Source of the DNA: Thermoleophilia bacterium
GTDB taxonomy: Bacteria; Actinomycetota; Thermoleophilia; UBA2241
Direction of reading: 5' to 3'
DNA: 64,000 bases
Assembly: GCA_052139595.1 (NCBI GenBank)
Contig: JBKQWK010000216.1
Coordinates: 327-64,326, forward strand
The position numbers and the translations under genes were made by a program. Positions 1 through 8,334 of this stretch are shown one piece after another (the stretch's first letter is position 1; every line of letters starts with the position of its first letter). The notes below the pieces were generated by a model, which ran no database searches, was not told the DNA's origin, and worked only from the letters and a program-made list of their open reading frames with translations.

Positions 1-1
1 T

Positions 2-163
2 GCCGCCGATCTGTTTGCCACCACCGCAGTCGAGCACGTCGCTGCTGCGCGTTGTCTGCGCGCGGTTGAGTGGCGTCAGGTCGGCCCTGACCTCCTGTTT
101 GAAGGCCGGCTGCCGACCGATGAAAGCGAAACTAGTGGCGAGCGCAAGAAGAGAGAGGCCTAA
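2..163 (+). CDS. ribD: 3' end of a riboflavin biosynthesis deaminase/reductase (RibD C-terminal domain), 5'-truncated by the window edge
   Basis: Frame-2 open reading runs from the window start to TAA at 161-163 (...LFEGRLPTDESETSGERKKREA*), directly upstream of ribE in a rib operon. The ORF track missed it because no start codon lies inside the window. Confidence 0.45.
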   Translation, partial: AADLFATTAVEHVAAARCLRAVEWRQVGPDLLFEGRLPTDESETSGERKKREA

Positions 164-165
164 CC

Positions 166-810
166 ATGTTCACGGGCATCGTCGAGGAAGTTGGCACACT
201 GCGCGCCGTGCGCATTGGCAGTCTTTCCGCCGAGATCGAGGTGGCCGCGCAGCTGGTGCTCGAAGGTACGGTGGTGGGTGACTCGATCCTTATGCAGGGA
301 GTCTGTCTCACGGTGACGCGCCTGGGCAGCGGATTCTTCGCGGCCGACGCCCAACCCGAGACAGTGCGCCGTACAACCCTGGCCGCCCTGAAACCAGGGA
401 CACCGCTCAATCTTGAACGGGCCCTCACGCTGAGCAAAGGTCTTGGTGGCCACCTGGTCCAGGGTCATGTCGATGATGTCGGTTCAATTGAGTCGATCAG
501 GCCCGAGGGCAACGCGCAGGTTGTCACGATCACGTTGCCGACGGAGGTCGCGAGACTGTGTGTAGACCAGGGTTCAATCGCCGTCGATGGCATCAGTCTC
601 ACCATTGTCCAGGTACGCGACTCGACACTACGGGTCTCGGTGATCCCGCACAGCGTGCAGACGACGACCATCGCCCACTTGCGTCCGGGCGCTCACGTCA
701 ATCTGGAGGCCGACTTGATCGGCAGATATGTCTACGCGTTCCTCCAGCGTCGTGCTGGCGCCAGTGAGGGAATTTCCTGGGAGAAGCTCTCAGAAGCGGG
801 GTTCGTATGA
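166..810 (+). CDS. ribE: riboflavin synthase alpha subunit
   Basis: Starts [15 protein letters not shown], typical of riboflavin synthase, and shows the duplicated lumazine-binding repeat. The stop overlaps the ribBA start (ATGA). Confidence 0.9.
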   Translation: MFTGIVEEVGTLRAVRIGSLSAEIEVAAQLVLEGTVVGDSILMQGVCLTVTRLGSGFFAADAQPETVRRTTLAALKPGTPLNLERALTLSKGLGGHLVQGHVDDVGSIESIRPEGNAQVVTITLPTEVARLCVDQGSIAVDGISLTIVQVRDSTLRVSVIPHSVQTTTIAHLRPGAHVNLEADLIGRYVYAFLQRRAGASEGISWEKLSEAGFV

Positions 811-2183
811 GCACAAGCACGCCAGAAGACAACGGTCGCGACAAGTTTGCGGCTACCACTGATCCGCTCGCAGTGAGCGAAATCGTCTGTAACAGCGATC
901 ACTTCGGCGACCCGCGCGGCGCCACGTCAGTCGCTGCCTGCGCTAAGGAAGCGCCCTTTGCCACGATCGAAGAAGCGCTGGCCGACATGCGCGCCGGCAA
1001 GATGGTCATCGTCTGCGATGACGAAGCCCGCGAGAATGAGGGCGACCTCACTATGGCAGCTCAGTTTGCCAGTCGCGAGACAATCAACTTCATGGCCAAA
1101 CACGGTCGCGGACTCATCTGTCTGGCGCTCACACCTGAACGCTGTACGCAGCTCAATCTGCCGCCGATGGTGACCGCCAACAAGGCACGGTATCAGACGG
1201 CGTTCACCGTCTCGATCGAAGCCCGTGACGGAGTCACGACTGGCATTTCGGCAGCCGACCGAGCGCATACGGTTCAGGTTGTCATTGACCCTGCCAGCAC
1301 GCCTGACGATCTCGTGCAACCGGGCCACGTCTTTCCGCTGGAGGCGAAGCCTGGGGGAGTGCTCGAGCGCACCGGTCAGACAGAGGCCGGTGTTGACCTC
1401 GCCCGATTGGCTGGGCTCACGCCGGCGGCGGTGATCTGTGAGGTCATGAACGACGACGGCACTATGGCGCGCGTCCCCGACCTGATGCCTTACGCCTTGC
1501 ATCACGATCTGAAAATTGTCACCGTGGCGGATCTCATCGAGTACCGGCGGCGCACGGAAAAGCTCGTACGTCGCGCCGCCGAGGCTCACCTGCCGACCAA
1601 GTACGGCGATTTTCGCGCCATCGGCTATGAGTCGCTCGTAGATGGTGCGCATCACATGGCCATGGTCAAGGGCGACGTTCAGGGCAAGGAGAACGTGCTC
1701 GTGCGGGTACACTCCGAGTGTCTCACCGGCGATGTCTTCGGCTCGCTGCGCTGCGACTGCGGCGACCAGCTCGCCGCGGCCATGATGCGGGTCGAAGAGG
1801 AAGGTGAGGGCGTAGTTCTGTACATGCGCCAGGAGGGACGCGGCATCGGCTTGCTCAACAAGCTGCGTGCTTACGCACTGCAAGAGCAAGGTCGCGATAC
1901 CGTGCAGGCCAACATCGAGCTTGGCTTCGCGCCCGATTTGCGCGACTACGGCATCGGTGCCCAGATTCTCGTTGACCTGGGGCTGACGACCATTCGCATC
2001 ATGACCAACAACCCAGTCAAGATCGTCGGCCTCGAAGGATACGGACTGCGCGTCACTGAGCGTGTGCCGATTGAGGTCGCCCCGCAAACCGAAAACCTGC
2101 GCTACCTGCGCACCAAGCGCGACAAGATGGGCCATCTTCTTGAACACAGCACGCTGACGGTACATGAAGATGAACAGGACTGA
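807..2183 (+). CDS. ribBA: bifunctional 3,4-dihydroxy-2-butanone-4-phosphate synthase / GTP cyclohydrolase II; about 50 aa of N-terminal extension precede the conserved FATIEEAL start, so the true start may lie downstream
   Basis: DHBP synthase motif [16 protein letters not shown] and GTP cyclohydrolase II motif [18 protein letters not shown] are both present. Confidence 0.9.
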   Translation: MSTSTPEDNGRDKFAATTDPLAVSEIVCNSDHFGDPRGATSVAACAKEAPFATIEEALADMRAGKMVIVCDDEARENEGDLTMAAQFASRETINFMAKHGRGLICLALTPERCTQLNLPPMVTANKARYQTAFTVSIEARDGVTTGISAADRAHTVQVVIDPASTPDDLVQPGHVFPLEAKPGGVLERTGQTEAGVDLARLAGLTPAAVICEVMNDDGTMARVPDLMPYALHHDLKIVTVADLIEYRRRTEKLVRRAAEAHLPTKYGDFRAIGYESLVDGAHHMAMVKGDVQGKENVLVRVHSECLTGDVFGSLRCDCGDQLAAAMMRVEEEGEGVVLYMRQEGRGIGLLNKLRAYALQEQGRDTVQANIELGFAPDLRDYGIGAQILVDLGLTTIRIMTNNPVKIVGLEGYGLRVTERVPIEVAPQTENLRYLRTKRDKMGHLLEHSTLTVHEDEQD

Positions 2184-2225
2184 AGACACAGGCGTATCGC
2201 CACGATCGCAAAGGAGCTGAAGAAA

Positions 2226-2690
2226 ATGACCAGCTACGAAGGGATGCTGAACGGCAAAGGGCTGCGCTTCGCGCTGGTCGTCGGCAGGTTCAACGAGTTC
2301 ATCTCGCTGCGTCTGTACGATGGTGCTCTCGACTGTCTGCGTCGCCATGATGTTGACGACGCCGGCATCGATGTAGCCTGGGTGCCGGGAGCGTTCGAAA
2401 TGCCACTGGTAGCACAGCGTCTGGCGGCCAGCGGTGCATACGATGCCGTCGTCTGCCTGGGGGCCGTGATCCGTGGAGGCACGCCGCACTTTGACTATGT
2501 CGCCGCTGAAGCCGCCAAGGGGATCGCCAAGGTGAGTCTCGACAGTGGCGTACCCGTGGTCTTCGGTGTGCTTACCACGGACACGATCGAGCAGGCCATA
2601 GAGCGGGCCGGCACAAAGGCCGGCAACAAGGGTTGGTCGGCAGCTCTGACGGCCCTGGAGATGGCCAGCCTGTTCCACGTCCTGCCGTGA
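2226..2690 (+). CDS. ribH: 6,7-dimethyl-8-ribityllumazine synthase
   Basis: [26 protein letters not shown]; RBS AAGGAG lies 8 nt upstream. Confidence 0.92.
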   Translation: MTSYEGMLNGKGLRFALVVGRFNEFISLRLYDGALDCLRRHDVDDAGIDVAWVPGAFEMPLVAQRLAASGAYDAVVCLGAVIRGGTPHFDYVAAEAAKGIAKVSLDSGVPVVFGVLTTDTIEQAIERAGTKAGNKGWSAALTALEMASLFHVLP

Positions 2691-2740
2691 AGCCGCCCTC
2701 GGCGGCGGGGAGTCACTTCGTGCCGCCGCGCGGGGACGCA

Positions 2741-2779
2741 GAAAAACACCCCCGCGGTGACATGAACCTCGGGGGTGAC
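2741..2779 (-). terminator. intrinsic terminator for rpmB on the minus strand; hairpin CACCCCCG / CGGGGGTG followed by UUUUUCU when read on the minus strand
   Basis: Perfect 8-bp inverted repeat at 2747-2778 with A5 at 2742-2746 on the + strand (U-tract on the minus strand), located just after the rpmB stop. Confidence 0.55.
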
Positions 2780-2812
2780 GTTGCTTTGGTTACACTTGCG
2801 CCGACCTGCTGG

Positions 2813-3004
2813 TTACAGCGCCTTCTGCACGCGGCCCGATTTGAGGCAGCGCGTGCAGACGTACGCCGACTGGGGGCGACCGTCTTTAACGATGCGAATG
2901 CGCTGCAGATTCGGGCTGAAACGGCGCTTGGTAGCGCGGTTGGAATGGCTGCGACTCTGTCCGACGACAGGCGCCTTACCACAGGCAACACAGACTTTCG
3001 ACAT
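2813..3004 (-). CDS. rpmB: 50S ribosomal protein L28
   Basis: [34 protein letters not shown] matches the L28 family. Confidence 0.92.
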   Translation of the reverse strand: MSKVCVACGKAPVVGQSRSHSNRATKRRFSPNLQRIRIVKDGRPQSAYVCTRCLKSGRVQKAL

Positions 3005-3116
3005 AGGTGATCCCTCAACTTGATTACGTGCCGGGGCGAAAGTATGCTACAGCCGCTCCGACAAAGCAAACGTCGTGGCAGTAGCTCTCGTGCTTGGCCG
3101 TCGGTTTTGAGGTTGA

Positions 3117-3338
3117 ATGGCGCTGTTCAACAAGGAAATGTTGATCATTGAGGCGCTCGAGAAGCATCCCGACGCGGGCGCCGTTTTCGAACAGTACGGC
3201 ATGTCCTGTTGCATCTGTATGGGTGCGACCATCGAGTCGATTGAGGCAGGCGCGATCATGCACGCCATTGACCCCCAGATTGTCGTTGACCAGCTCAGTC
3301 GCCTCGGGCTCGATCGGCTCGTGAACGAGGCGTCTTGA
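3117..3338 (+). CDS. DUF1858-family small redox protein (hybrid-cluster-protein-associated disulfide domain-like)
   Basis: 73 aa; FEQYGMSCCICMGATIESIEAGAIMHAIDP resembles the DUF1858 pattern (...YGMHCxGC...). Codon third positions are genome-typical. Confidence 0.6.
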   Translation: MALFNKEMLIIEALEKHPDAGAVFEQYGMSCCICMGATIESIEAGAIMHAIDPQIVVDQLSRLGLDRLVNEAS

Positions 3339-3360
3339 TATCGGCAACGCAGCAGCGCTC

Positions 3361-3723
3361 GTGGCCGCATCAATGATTACTCTCGATTTACACTCTTCGC
3401 TCAAGGGCGACGTTGTCGTCGCCGATGTCGTTGCGGCCAAACTTGCCGGTCAAGCCGCGCGCACGACGTACGGGGTTGTAGGCATGCACCGTTCACCGAT
3501 GCGTAAGATCACGCAACTGCTCCATGGAGCGTTGACCGATGGTGTCCAGATCGAGAATGAAGGTGCAGCGGCACGTATCACTCTCCACGTGGTTATGGAG
3601 CGAGGCATTAATCTGGCGCAGGTTACCGCCAACCTGAAGGAGCAGGTGCGTTATCAGGTGGAGCACCTCGGCGGCGTACCGGTGAGTGAGGTCGTCGTCA
3701 GCGTTGAGGACCTGCAGGAGTGA
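3361..3723 (+). CDS. Asp23/Gls24 family alkaline-shock protein (YloU-like)
   Basis: ITLDLHSSLKGDVVVADVVAAKLAGQAARTTYGVVGMH; the gene is followed by a DAK2 protein, as in the yloU-yloV pair. Confidence 0.85.
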   Translation: MAASMITLDLHSSLKGDVVVADVVAAKLAGQAARTTYGVVGMHRSPMRKITQLLHGALTDGVQIENEGAAARITLHVVMERGINLAQVTANLKEQVRYQVEHLGGVPVSEVVVSVEDLQE

Positions 3724-5321
3724 ACGCTCGTGACGCGGCGCTCGACCTGGTTGGCGGAGCGCTGGTGGCCGTTGAAGCCGAGCGAGAAATCATCAACGAT
3801 CTCAATGTGTATCCCGTTCCGGACGGCGATACGGGCACCAACCTGGCGTTGACCGTGCGGGCCGTGACCGAAGAACTCGACCAGTCACCGGCGAGTGATC
3901 TTGCCACGGTGGCGGCGGCGATCACTAAAGGTTCGCTGATGGGCGCCCGCGGTAACTCCGGCGTGATCCTTTCGCAGATCGTCCGGGGAGCGTGCGACGT
4001 CATTGCCGCCTCCGAGCGAGTCGACGCGACCGTGTTTCGAGCGGCCCTGCGCGAAGCTGCCAATGCAGCCTACCGCGCGGTCAAGCAGCCAGTCGAGGGC
4101 ACAATGCTCACGGTAGTTCGCGAAATGGCCGCGGCGGCACAGTCTGCCCCGGCGTCGTTCGGCATGGTCGAACTGGTCGATCTCGTTGAAGACGCCGGCC
4201 GGGTCGCCGTCGAGCGCACGACCAGCCAGCTTGCTGCCCTGCGCTCTGCTGGCGTCGTCGATGCCGGCGGCTACGGACTGCTTGTGCTCTATCGCGGTCT
4301 CACCGAAGCGTTGCCGGATGTGCAGCGTGGAGCCGCCAGCGGTCGCCGGCACAGGCCGGCGCCGGTCAGCACGCGCGAGCCGGCCGGCGGTGTCAGCGAG
4401 CTGTCGCCGTTTCGCTACTGCACCAGCCTCTTGATCAGCGGCGACAACCTCGTCCGCGAAACGCTCGAAAGCCTTCTCTCGTCGATGGGCGACAGTAGCT
4501 TGGTGGTTGGCAATGACCATATGCTCAAGATCCATGTGCACACGGACGATCCGGGCGCCGTCCTCAGTCAGGCTGTCGCTCTGGGCGCGATAAGTGAAGT
4601 CGAGATCAACGACATGCATGCGCAGACGCGCGACCGTGATGCCCGCTTGCAGGCACCACGTCCACAAGACACGGCAGTTGTGGCCGTGGTTGCGGGCGAG
4701 GGCAACAAAGACCTCTTTCGCGCCCTGGGCGTAGCGGCCGTGGTCGATGGCGGCCAGTCAATGAATCCGAGTGCGGCGCAGCTGCTCGATGCGGTTACCG
4801 GACTCGTGAGCGACGAGATCGTGCTGCTCCCGAACAACGGCAATGTAATCCTGACCGCCGAGCAGGCCGCCGGCATGAGCGAGCGTCACATTGCTGTTGT
4901 GCCGACCGTCAGTATCCCCTCCGGCTTGGCGGCCATGGTGGTTTTCGATCCTCACAGCGACGCTATCGGTAACGCTCAGGCCATGAAGGAGGCAATCGCT
5001 GGGGTGCGCAATGCTGAGATCACGTACGCCGTGCGCGACAGTGAACTCGACGGGATGCCCGTGAAAGCGGGCCAGGCGATGGGCATCGTCGACGGTCGGC
5101 TCATTGCTGCTGATGACGATCTGGTTGGCGTTTTTGCCCGCGTGATGACGGAGTTCGCCACCAGCCAGCCTGAGGTTGTGACCGTGCTGACGGCGCTCAA
5201 CGGTTCAGCAGTGAGCGCCGTCGATCTCGAGGCCGCGGCACGCGCCGCCTGTCCGGCGGCCGAAATCGAGTTTCATGCCGGCGGGCAGCCGCTGTACCCG
5301 ATCCTGGCGAGCGCCGAGTGA
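3720..5321 (+). CDS. DAK2 domain fusion protein (YloV-like)
   Basis: N-terminal Dak2 motif YPVPDGDTGTNLALT; 533 aa; GTG start overlaps the upstream stop. Confidence 0.88.
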   Translation: MNARDAALDLVGGALVAVEAEREIINDLNVYPVPDGDTGTNLALTVRAVTEELDQSPASDLATVAAAITKGSLMGARGNSGVILSQIVRGACDVIAASERVDATVFRAALREAANAAYRAVKQPVEGTMLTVVREMAAAAQSAPASFGMVELVDLVEDAGRVAVERTTSQLAALRSAGVVDAGGYGLLVLYRGLTEALPDVQRGAASGRRHRPAPVSTREPAGGVSELSPFRYCTSLLISGDNLVRETLESLLSSMGDSSLVVGNDHMLKIHVHTDDPGAVLSQAVALGAISEVEINDMHAQTRDRDARLQAPRPQDTAVVAVVAGEGNKDLFRALGVAAVVDGGQSMNPSAAQLLDAVTGLVSDEIVLLPNNGNVILTAEQAAGMSERHIAVVPTVSIPSGLAAMVVFDPHSDAIGNAQAMKEAIAGVRNAEITYAVRDSELDGMPVKAGQAMGIVDGRLIAADDDLVGVFARVMTEFATSQPEVVTVLTALNGSAVSAVDLEAAARAACPAAEIEFHAGGQPLYPILASAE

Positions 5322-6178
5322 GCCTGCTTACGCTCGCCAATACGGCGATCGTCGTCGATTCCACGTGTGACCCGCCGGAAGGCTACCTTGAGCAGGCGGG
5401 TCTCTTCATGGTGCCCCTGACCGTCCACTTTGGCGACGAAACCTATCGCGACCAGATCGACCTCAGCTTCGACGAGTTCAAGGCGAAGCTGCTGGCGGCA
5501 ACGACGCTGCCGACGACGTCGCAACCAACGGTGGCTCAGTTCAAACGGTGCTACCTTGACGTCGCCGCCCGCTATGAGCATGTCTTCAGCCTGCACATCT
5601 CGACAAAGATGAGCGGCACGGCCGACGCGGCTTTGGCGGCGGCGGCCGATTTTGCCAACGTTGACGTTGTCGATACGCATCTGGTCAGCACGACGATCTC
5701 GCTCCTCGTCGATCGCCTGCGCACACGGTTGGCGACCGGCATCAATCGTGACGATGCACGCGCCTACATTGACTTCTTTTGCAGCCATAGTCATACGATC
5801 GTTCACGCTGGCACACTTGAGTACCTGCGCCGCGGTGGCCGCATCGGCGCTGCCGCCTCGGTGATCGGTGGCCTGCTCAGCATCCACCCCGTCATTCAGG
5901 TTGCCGACGGCGAGATGTCGCCCTACACGAAAGCTCGTGGTCCGCAGCGGGCGCAAGCGGCCATGGTTGAGTTTCTGGTCAAGCACAGTAGCCTCAACGA
6001 CAGTCTTTTCATCGCGCTCATAGATGCCATGAGCCCGCCTGGTGCCCTGGACTCGCTGGCAAGCGATATTTTCGCCGCGCGTCCCAATGCCGAGATCGTC
6101 ATGACAGGCCGTACCGGAGCCGTGGTCGGTACACACATTGGCCCCAACACATCAGCGTTCGCTATGATTGCTGAGTGA
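5318..6178 (+). CDS. DegV family fatty-acid-binding protein
   Basis: IVVDSTCDPPEGYLEQAGLFMVPLTVHFGDETYRD matches the DegV N-terminus. Confidence 0.85.
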   Translation: MSLLTLANTAIVVDSTCDPPEGYLEQAGLFMVPLTVHFGDETYRDQIDLSFDEFKAKLLAATTLPTTSQPTVAQFKRCYLDVAARYEHVFSLHISTKMSGTADAALAAAADFANVDVVDTHLVSTTISLLVDRLRTRLATGINRDDARAYIDFFCSHSHTIVHAGTLEYLRRGGRIGAAASVIGGLLSIHPVIQVADGEMSPYTKARGPQRAQAAMVEFLVKHSSLNDSLFIALIDAMSPPGALDSLASDIFAARPNAEIVMTGRTGAVVGTHIGPNTSAFAMIAE

Positions 6179-8334
6179 CTGGACCGCAGATTGTCGTCCC
6201 GTTTGCCGGGGGTCGATACAAACAGCGACCGTTGCCGACAGCGCTCTCCGTTGACTCGTCCTTTCTGACTCGTCCGCTGGCCGCCGTGACTGACGTCACG
6301 CCGGCTTTGGCCAAGCGTTTGACTGGGCTTGGCCTGGAAACCATCGGCGACTTGCTTGAGCACGTTCCTCACCGCTATGCCGACTATCGTGACCGACGCA
6401 CGATCGCGGAACTTCGCGTCGGCGAGGAAGCGACAATTCGTGGCGTCGTTGAACAGATCCGTGGCGAGCGAACCTTGCGGCAGCACGTGGCCGTTGTGCA
6501 TGCACTGGTCAGCGATGGCAGTGGTGTGGTCGACGCGACGTGGTTCAATCAGCTCTACCTGACCAAGGTCATCATCGCGGGCATGACAATCAGTCTGCGA
6601 GGCGTCTTCAAGCCGGCAGGGCGAAGGCCTACCTTTCTCGTCAAAGCGCACGAACTTCTCGGCGAGGACAGTGACAGCTTGCACACCGAAGGCCTCGTAC
6701 CGGTGTATCCGGCCAGCGAGGCCGTTTCTGCCCGCCAGCTACGCACCTTGCTGCACACCGTTTTGCCCCTGGCACGTCGCATGCCCGATCCTTTGCCGGC
6801 GCGTGTGCGGGCCCGCGAAGACCTGCCGACAAGGGCTGCTGCCGTGCTGGCGATACACCTGCCACGTTCACTCAACGAAGCCGACGTGGCCCGAGCGCGC
6901 CTGGTCCTCGAAGAACTCATTCTGCTTCAAGTCGGACTCTTGCTCCATAAAGTACGCGAACGAGCCTGGGCCACGGCGCCGGCACTAGTGCCGCCAGGCG
7001 CTGCCGCACGGCAGTTCATGGCGGCGCTGCCGTTTGCCCTCACGGAACACCAGCTTCAAGCGGTCGCCGAGATCGAAGCAGACCTGCAGCAAACAGCGCC
7101 GATGCGCCGTTTACTACAGGGTGACGTCGGTGCTGGCAAGACGATCGTGGCTCTCTATGCTCTGCTGCGCGCCGTCGAGAATGGCTATCAGGGAGCGCTC
7201 ATGGCGCCGACTGAAACGCTGGCGGAGCAGCATGCCGCCACGGCAGCCGAACGCCTCGGCGACTTGGCAAAGATCGAGCTACTCACTTCTCGTCTGACGG
7301 CCGCCGAGCGTCGAGCTGTGCTGGCGCACATCGTTTCGGGCGAGGCACAGATCATCATCGGCACCCATGCGCTGATCCAGAGCGACGTGCACTTTGCGCG
7401 ACTTGGTGTGGCAGTTGTCGATGAGCAGCACCGCTTCGGTGTGGCCGCTCGTGACGAGCTGGCTCGCAGCGCCACCAACCAGACGCAGATGCCGCACCTG
7501 CTGTACATGACGGCCACACCCATTCCGCGCACATTGGCGCTGACAGTCTATGGCGACCTTGACGTTTCGGTGGTCGCCGAGATGCCGGCAGGGCGGCTGC
7601 CGGTGCAGACGCGCCTGGTTGATGAATCGCAGCGCCCACAGGCGTACGACTGGGTGCGCCGACAGCTCGACAAGGGCCGGCAGGCGTATGTTGTCTGCCC
7701 GGCGATCGAGGAGTCGGAGTCGGTCCGCGCGGCGACCGCGATCGCCGAAGCAGCACGCCTGCAACGCGGCGAACTGCGGGCCTACAGCGTTGCCGTTTTA
7801 CACGGCCAGCTCAAAGCCGCCGAGCGCGAGCAGACGATGGCCGCGTTCAAGGGTGGGCTGGTGCAGGTACTGGTTGCCACAAGCCTCATTGAAGTCGGCA
7901 TCGACGTTTCTAATGCAACTGTCATGATCGTTGAAGGCGCCGAGCGCTTTGGCCTCGCTCAGTTGCACCAGTTGCGCGGTCGAGTCGGTCGCGGTAAGGC
8001 GAAGTCGTACTGCCTGCTGTTCAGCGGCGCCACAGAAGGACCCGCCCGCCAGCGACTGAACGCTCTCCTCGCCACGGTTGATGGATTCGCTCTGGCCGAC
8101 AAGGATCTTGAGATTCGCGGCGAGGGACAGCTCTTTGGCCCGCGCCAGGCGGGCCTGAACGATCTCAAGCTGGCGCGCCTGGCGCGTGACCGTGATGCGG
8201 TTGCGCGGGCACGGGCCATCGCCGCCGACATTCTCGCCACGGACCCTCAGCTGACGCGTCCCGATCATCGGCCCCTTGCTGACGCGGTGCGCAGCGCTTT
8301 CGGCGGCGAGTTTGCCTGGCTGTTGAAGGCATGA
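6175..8334 (+). CDS. recG: ATP-dependent DNA helicase RecG
   Basis: Helicase motifs LLQGDVGAGKT and DEQHRFG, a wedge domain, 719 aa, and the conserved rpmB...recG context. Confidence 0.92.
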   Translation: MTGPQIVVPFAGGRYKQRPLPTALSVDSSFLTRPLAAVTDVTPALAKRLTGLGLETIGDLLEHVPHRYADYRDRRTIAELRVGEEATIRGVVEQIRGERTLRQHVAVVHALVSDGSGVVDATWFNQLYLTKVIIAGMTISLRGVFKPAGRRPTFLVKAHELLGEDSDSLHTEGLVPVYPASEAVSARQLRTLLHTVLPLARRMPDPLPARVRAREDLPTRAAAVLAIHLPRSLNEADVARARLVLEELILLQVGLLLHKVRERAWATAPALVPPGAAARQFMAALPFALTEHQLQAVAEIEADLQQTAPMRRLLQGDVGAGKTIVALYALLRAVENGYQGALMAPTETLAEQHAATAAERLGDLAKIELLTSRLTAAERRAVLAHIVSGEAQIIIGTHALIQSDVHFARLGVAVVDEQHRFGVAARDELARSATNQTQMPHLLYMTATPIPRTLALTVYGDLDVSVVAEMPAGRLPVQTRLVDESQRPQAYDWVRRQLDKGRQAYVVCPAIEESESVRAATAIAEAARLQRGELRAYSVAVLHGQLKAAEREQTMAAFKGGLVQVLVATSLIEVGIDVSNATVMIVEGAERFGLAQLHQLRGRVGRGKAKSYCLLFSGATEGPARQRLNALLATVDGFALADKDLEIRGEGQLFGPRQAGLNDLKLARLARDRDAVARARAIAADILATDPQLTRPDHRPLADAVRSAFGGEFAWLLKA

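Noticed and set aside
1-165. FMN riboswitch expected upstream of the rib operon.
   Set aside because: The window begins inside ribD, so the operon leader lies outside the window; no FMN-element sequence is present here.
927-2678. 583-aa ORF on the minus strand antisense to ribBA/ribH. Similar long antisense ORFs occur at 21745-22989, 15435-16376, 47539-48720, 59506-60723 and 5273-6136.
   Set aside because: These are typical stop-poor antisense frames of a ~68% GC genome. They lie fully within well-supported sense-strand genes, carry no recognisable motifs, and have no RBS.
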